A stretch of 64,000 nucleotides of DNA from Corallochytrium limacisporum Hawaii (lineage: Eukaryota; Protista; Pluriformea): contig PDIP01000064.1 in NCBI GenBank assembly GCA_002811645.1, positions 191,188-255,187 of the forward strand, in the 5' to 3' direction. The notes under the pieces were generated by a model. It had not been told where the DNA came from. It made no database searches and saw nothing but the letters and a program-made list of their open reading frames with translations. This document shows positions 59,014-64,000 of this stretch, piece after piece. Made by a program: the position numbers and the translations under genes. Each line of letters opens with the position of its first letter. Positions within the stretch are counted from its first letter, which is position 1.

Positions 59014-60018
59014 TTATGAGTCGATGACGCGCCACATGTAATAGCAGGCCACACTACGGTACGGCCTCCAAAACTCGGTTACCTCCTCGAACTTGGCATC
59101 CGGAATACGGCCCTTTTGCTTGTCCCCGACACTGCCACTCAAACCAAAATGTGTGGCAAGCCCTTTCCGAATTCCAAGGTCCCCAAGAGGCAGCACATCG
59201 CTATGACCGAGGGAGAACATGAGGAGCATGTCCACTGTCCAAGGGCCCACGCCCTTGATACTGCACAAGTCCTCCTTGACTTCACTTTCCGCTAAACTCG
59301 ACAGGTGTTGCCCTGCCACGTCATCCCCAAGGTTCTCTTTGAAGTGTCGCGCAATATTCTGGACATACTCCGCCTTTCGAGCAGACAGACCGCAGGCCTT
59401 CAACTCCTCCTGGGATACTCTGAGAATGTCTGCAGGCATAACACTCTCAGGATCAATGTCGGGGGATCCACCGACGAGAGTAAGGAAGCGATCGTATATC
59501 TTCTTGCATGCCTTTGTGCTAAGTTGTTGATAGATGACCGATCTCACTAGAGCAATGCAAATATTTGGTGCTTTGCGGAAAGTTGGAAAGCCAAAGCGCT
59601 CCATTAGTGACGCCAAGGCCGGATCTACCGATCCAAGGTGCTCCCGCGCCTTACGAAGACAGTATCCTAGCTCAACTGCAGGTGTGAGTGGTTCCTTTAA
59701 AACGACTACATTGTCTACCCAGTCGACCTCTTTGTTCTTGGATTTCTTCGGGGACTCAACAGTAACCTTTGCTTTGGTTGCACTTAGCACAGGATTTGCA
59801 GATTTGCGATGTTGTGTTCTTGTGGTTGTTCGAACCACTTTTATTGATCTCTTCCCTTTATTTCCCGTAATCAAAGAGGTCTGAGGTCTTAAACTCTGGG
59901 TTTGGAGCGTTTTGCTCCTCGTACGCTTTGCAACCATGTTGAGACGAACTAGGCGGCAGCCGAGCATCCCCCTACTACCGGGCCCTACGAACCTTTCTAT
60001 TGATCGTTTTCCAGCCAT
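59014..60018 (-). CDS. AlkA/Mag1-type DNA-3-methyladenine glycosylase (HhH-GPD); alternative start at 59937
   Basis: SVIYQQLS, GLSARKAEY, HhH LCSIKGVGPWTVDM, DVLPLGDLGIRKG, WRPYRSVACYYMW; basic N-terminal extension. Confidence 0.93.
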   Translation of the reverse strand: MAGKRSIERFVGPGSRGMLGCRLVRLNMVAKRTRSKTLQTQSLRPQTSLITGNKGKRSIKVVRTTTRTQHRKSANPVLSATKAKVTVESPKKSKNKEVDWVDNVVVLKEPLTPAVELGYCLRKAREHLGSVDPALASLMERFGFPTFRKAPNICIALVRSVIYQQLSTKACKKIYDRFLTLVGGSPDIDPESVMPADILRVSQEELKACGLSARKAEYVQNIARHFKENLGDDVAGQHLSSLAESEVKEDLCSIKGVGPWTVDMLLMFSLGHSDVLPLGDLGIRKGLATHFGLSGSVGDKQKGRIPDAKFEEVTEFWRPYRSVACYYMWRVIDS

Positions 60019-60968
60019 GGTTCCCTAACTCAAATGGGACTCGAATACCATCGGAGGCGCAGTCACTTTGAATTGATGTTTTACACATCCGTAGCCTGTC
60101 AGGGTCTCCGAATATACTCAATCTACAACACACTTGGAGACGCTGGCTCACGACCTGACGGGCAAGGTCACTGGGACCATCCCTCCCTCTCGTCGGCACG
60201 CCGCCGCTCTCTTGGAGAACTCTCAACCTCTCCGGCAAGAAAATGGGCCCCTATTAAGAGCGCTGGCGATTACCATACGGGGGGATCGCATCGCATCCAC
60301 TTCAGCGATTCCTTGCTGGAATCGGAAGTTGTTGTTGCCGCTAACGACGAGCATGTACACCAAGACATCGCACCTTGAGTGGACTCCATGGGGATTCCAG
60401 AAGGTGGCAGTGCACACCAAACACTCAGATGCTCCTGTCCGGGTCACGGTCGCTGCCGCAAGAATCTGACCAAAATCGCACGGTACGGAACGAAAACCCA
60501 GGCCTCCGCAAGGGGAAAAAAAGAGTGTGTCTGTTGAAATTGGCTGTGTCTGAGGTCTGTGTGCCCAACCCCCCCCCTTTTCTACCTGCGGGGCTATGTG
60601 TGCCCTGGCTGGGCTTAAAACTACCGGGCGCCCAATGATTCCAAAGAATTTTCTGCTCCTCTGATCTCTCTTTTTTTTTCTATAGACTCACCGAGGGTGC
60701 ACGTTCCCTCTCGTTATGGGCTCGACCGTCGTTATACTATAAGAGTAACCCATACTACCCAGAATAAGTGTCCTCGAGCAGTGGCAGTACTTTCCGGGAT
60801 GTGAAAAAAAAATAAGTGCAGTGGTCCTCACCATCTCAGCCTCTCATGCCGTTCACACATGGCCGGTGGTGTGCTCCCTTGGCTTTTCGCGCCCCTCCGG
60901 CCCGCTGGGATTGGTTCAGAGGACCGTCCCAAGCACGAGCTCCCGGCGGGGGGGGGGGGGGGGGGGGT

Positions 60969-61167
60969 NNNNNNNNNNNNNNNNNNNNNNNNNNNNNNNN
61001 NNNNNNNNNNNNNNNNNNNNNNNNNNNNNNNNNNNNNNNNNNNNNNNNNNNNNNNNNNNNNNNNNNNNNNNNNNNNNNNNNNNNNNNNNNNNNNNNNNNN
61101 NNNNNNNNNNNNNNNNNNNNNNNNNNNNNNNNNNNNNNNNNNNNNNNNNNNNNNNNNNNNNNNNNNN
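60969..61167. other. Assembly gap with duplicated flanks
   Basis: N run; GACCGTCCCAAGCACGAGCTCCCGGC plus a G run appears on both sides. Confidence 1.
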
Positions 61168-62093
61168 GACCGTCCCAAGCACGAGCTCCCGGCGGGGGGG
61201 GGGGAGGGGGGGTTTTTCTTCAACCTCCCCCCCAATTTTTTTTCTTTTTCCTTTCCTCGTGTATTTTTTTGCATGGAAATTTTCTACCCATTTGTTTCAA
61301 AGATGATACGAAAAGGTAGACCCCACTGACCACAATTCATTCATCGGGCCCAGGCGGAGAACCGGGGAGTCTGCAGAAAAACAAAGGACCAAAGATCGCG
61401 AGCAGTAATCGCAAGTGAACGAGCGCTCGATATTTCTGCACTCGTCATTGTCCTGAGCCCCGTTCAAAAATATTGCAGGTTTGGCACACGAGCGCCACAC
61501 ACCAAGTGTTTGACCAACCCGCCCACCCCTAGAACCCCCCTACCAAACCCACCTCTCCCCCCGCCTTTTTGTATTTATCCGAGCGATTTCAGGGTGTACG
61601 TGCTTCCTGGTACTTGCGCACCATGCACACTGTCGACCAGTAGCCGATTTTCTTCAGGTGATCTTCGTGGTCCGTAACATGAAGAAAATAGAGACTTCCA
61701 TCATCCAGTAGCCAATATAGGGGAAATCAATCGGTGCACAGCGCGATTATCGGCCTGTTTTTGTCAAACATTATCGTGCTAGGAAAGCTCGTTGGAGTTG
61801 GTGGGCACCGAACCCCTCTATTGACTTGACGCAACGATGGCCCGGTGGTGATAACCAGGAGTTTTCATGTAAGGCCGGAAGGAAAAGGGGAAAAGGGGGA
61901 GGTGATGAGGGCCCGAATCATTGGTCACAGAGCGCCATGGAACCATGGGCATCGAAGAAAATGTGCAGACCGTGGCGACTAGATAATGTTCCGATCATTT
62001 GGGCAACTTGGTGGCATTCCTTGCTTTTCCTCCTGCGCACTTGCCTTTTGGACCGCCGTGACGGTTGGAGCGATGACTACACGCCCGTTCAGA

Positions 62094-62100
<7 letters not shown>

Positions 62101-62153
<53 letters not shown>
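62101..62153. repeat. (GA)26 microsatellite
   Basis: Directly visible. Confidence 0.98.
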
Positions 62154-62156
<3 letters not shown>

Positions 62157-62460
62157 GTGGGGGGGGCCCGTGGCACAGTTGTCCCCCCCCCCCTCCGTCC
62201 CCTTTCGAGTGGCTGAATAACCTCGCCGCCAACCAACTTCCTTGCGCATGGGAGGGGCTCGCAGTGGAGCTTTTTTTTTCCCTTTCAGCCGCCGCACCCA
62301 GCCACAACTACTCCGTCGCGCTACACTCCTAGAAAGAGTATTTAATCAAAGGAATATTAAACAGGGAAAGGCACATGTCTGTGCTCTTCCTCACTTTGTA
62401 CACCTCCCTCGAAGGACAAAGACAAACCCTCCGCAGCACGAATGATGCGGAAAGTATGAG

Positions 62461-62501
62461 TGCGTGCGTGCGTACGTACGTACGTACGTACGTACGTGCG
62501 T
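62461..62501. repeat. Compound (TGCG)n(CGTA)6 tetranucleotide repeat, self-complementary
   Basis: Directly visible. Confidence 0.9.
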
Positions 62502-63594
62502 TTGCCCGAGTATCAGGCATACATCGGTAGCGCAGTCTCATCTGTTCCGCCGGAAAGGTGTGGTATGTTAAGTACTGCAAAAACTCCTATATCAACCGGT
62601 CAACGGTGCAGTTGGGGTCATTCCCCTGTCGGACTGCGACGAAACTGTTCGGCCGTTGATGCCAACTCCTTTTCATCGCAATGGTGGTACGTTTCCTCGG
62701 CTTTGAAAATCCTCCGCCTCGAAGATACGCAGGAAGATGCGAACGTACCCGGGGAAGTGGTAGGTGTCTGCCTACTCGACGGCGCGAAGGAACATCATTG
62801 GACACCACCAAAGGCGAAAATGTTATGTACAAGCGCTCCTGCGCTAGTTCGCAATGGCTTGGTATGCAGGAGGATATTGCAGGGAATGCGAAATATGCCA
62901 GAGGACATACCCATTCTACGCAACAACCCATCGTCGTTGGTTATGTTTGCATAATTTTTGCGGCCGACATTCAAGGCGTTGGAACGGGAAGTAAGTGGTA
63001 CGCGCCCCCAGTGGCGATGGGGTCGATCTGACGCAAAATTCTCGTGTTTTGCGTTCTTAGGGACGGGCAAGCTGAATAGAAGATTTCGAACTAATGAGAA
63101 AGATTCACTATTGCTATCTGCAAAGAAAAAACTTCGACTGTCGGGACAGGTGCAGAAATGAAAAAAAAAAAAGAAAGGCGGGTGAACAAAGAAAAGACGA
63201 GAGAGAGAGAGAGAGAGAGAGACGGGGCAGGGGGAGGGGGAAGGTGGAGGGGACGGATCCGCCCGCACAAACATGGGATGGCCACGAACGAACGAACGTT
63301 ATGGTGGTGTCTGTCCTGAAAAGTTGTAGTCATTTGCCTGTGGAAACAAGAGACCATTTTTTCAACTGTGTTTGCGTTGGGGCATGTGGTTCATTGGATA
63401 CCATTGGCGGACTTTTGAACTGTAGGTCAGGTATTTGGACACAAGATCCCACCCCGCCGAGAACATCGGAGAATGTTCGGCAGTCAGAACAAGGAATGAA
63501 AGTGAATAGACTTGAATACTTCGAGACGTAAAATGGTCAAGATCCATTGACACCGTTTAAAGAACAACAACACAAACAACATTCTAAAGAAACC

Positions 63595-64000
63595 ATGATC
63601 CCCAACACGATAATGGTGAACGCGGGGCGGCAAATTGCGCCGATACTCAGCAAGGCATATGCAATTCCGCTGGCGTGCGGAGCCGTCGCAATGATTACCC
63701 GGCGTTTTCAAAGTTCCACAGCAGCAGCAGTAGCTGAGGATAAGAACAACAGCCATAATAGTCCGCATTCAGATGCGAAAACAATGCAACGAACCCCGAG
63801 ACGTGTTGCACACAAAATCACTCCTGGGTTTTTAGGATCTCTTCCTCGCGAAGACCCATTGGCTGCACTACCAGAACAGTACGGCGAATTGGATTCACTG
63901 TTGCGTCGCATGACAATTGATCAACGGGACGGGTCTACTGGGTTGCTTGGCTCGGGAACATTTGGAGATACTCTTAGGGAAGAATTGCCGGAGTACGACC
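63595..64000 (+). CDS. 5' part of an indoleamine 2,3-dioxygenase-like protein (fungal IDO-gamma type), running off the window
   Basis: Hand translation from accATG at 63595 is open to the window end: MIPNTIMVNAGRQ...ITRRFQSSTAAA...GSLPREDPLAALPEQYGELDSLLRRMTIDQRDGSTGLLGSGTFGDTLREELP, matching the recalled IDO-gamma N-terminal pattern. Confidence 0.75.
   Translation, partial: MIPNTIMVNAGRQIAPILSKAYAIPLACGAVAMITRRFQSSTAAAVAEDKNNSHNSPHSDAKTMQRTPRRVAHKITPGFLGSLPREDPLAALPEQYGELDSLLRRMTIDQRDGSTGLLGSGTFGDTLREELPEYD

Noticed and set aside
60922-61211. Direct repeat flanking the third gap, resembling a target-site duplication or tandem element
   Set aside because: Both copies run into a G homopolymer at contig ends; most likely an unmerged assembly overlap

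Overview
A compact eukaryotic genomic window (not bacterial), with three assembly gaps. It holds about 20 protein-coding genes that each read as one uninterrupted ORF. These encode: a DUF1295 steroid-reductase-like protein, a membrane-anchored cyclophilin, a WW/FF protein, a Myc/Max/Mxd-type bHLH-ZIP factor, an aldo-keto reductase, a transmembrane JmjC oxygenase, lysyl-tRNA synthetase, a stand-alone enoyl-CoA hydratase 2, an Rsa3-like protein, a C2-C2-RasGAP, an SDR, an Agd3/CE18-like deacetylase, a PPR-like protein, a transmembrane RING ligase, long-tailed myosin I, AdoMet decarboxylase, a GPI-anchored subtilisin with an LNR-like module, an AlkA glycosylase, and two hypothetical proteins. An indoleamine dioxygenase runs off the right edge and is missing from the ORF track. 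The lack of introns and the opisthokont/holozoan-like gene set suggest an intron-poor unicellular holozoan such as Corallochytrium (inference only). Several GTG/TTG starts in the ORF track were moved to the first plausible ATG. The most striking signal is in the AdoMet decarboxylase leader: a 4-codon uORF in strong Kozak context ends in an antizyme-type +1 frameshift context (GGC-UCC-UGA-CAU-CCC). Its +1 frame stays open across the main AUG, which suggests a polyamine-sensing frameshift switch on a polyamine biosynthesis gene. No tRNA, rRNA, CRISPR array or intact mobile element was recognised.
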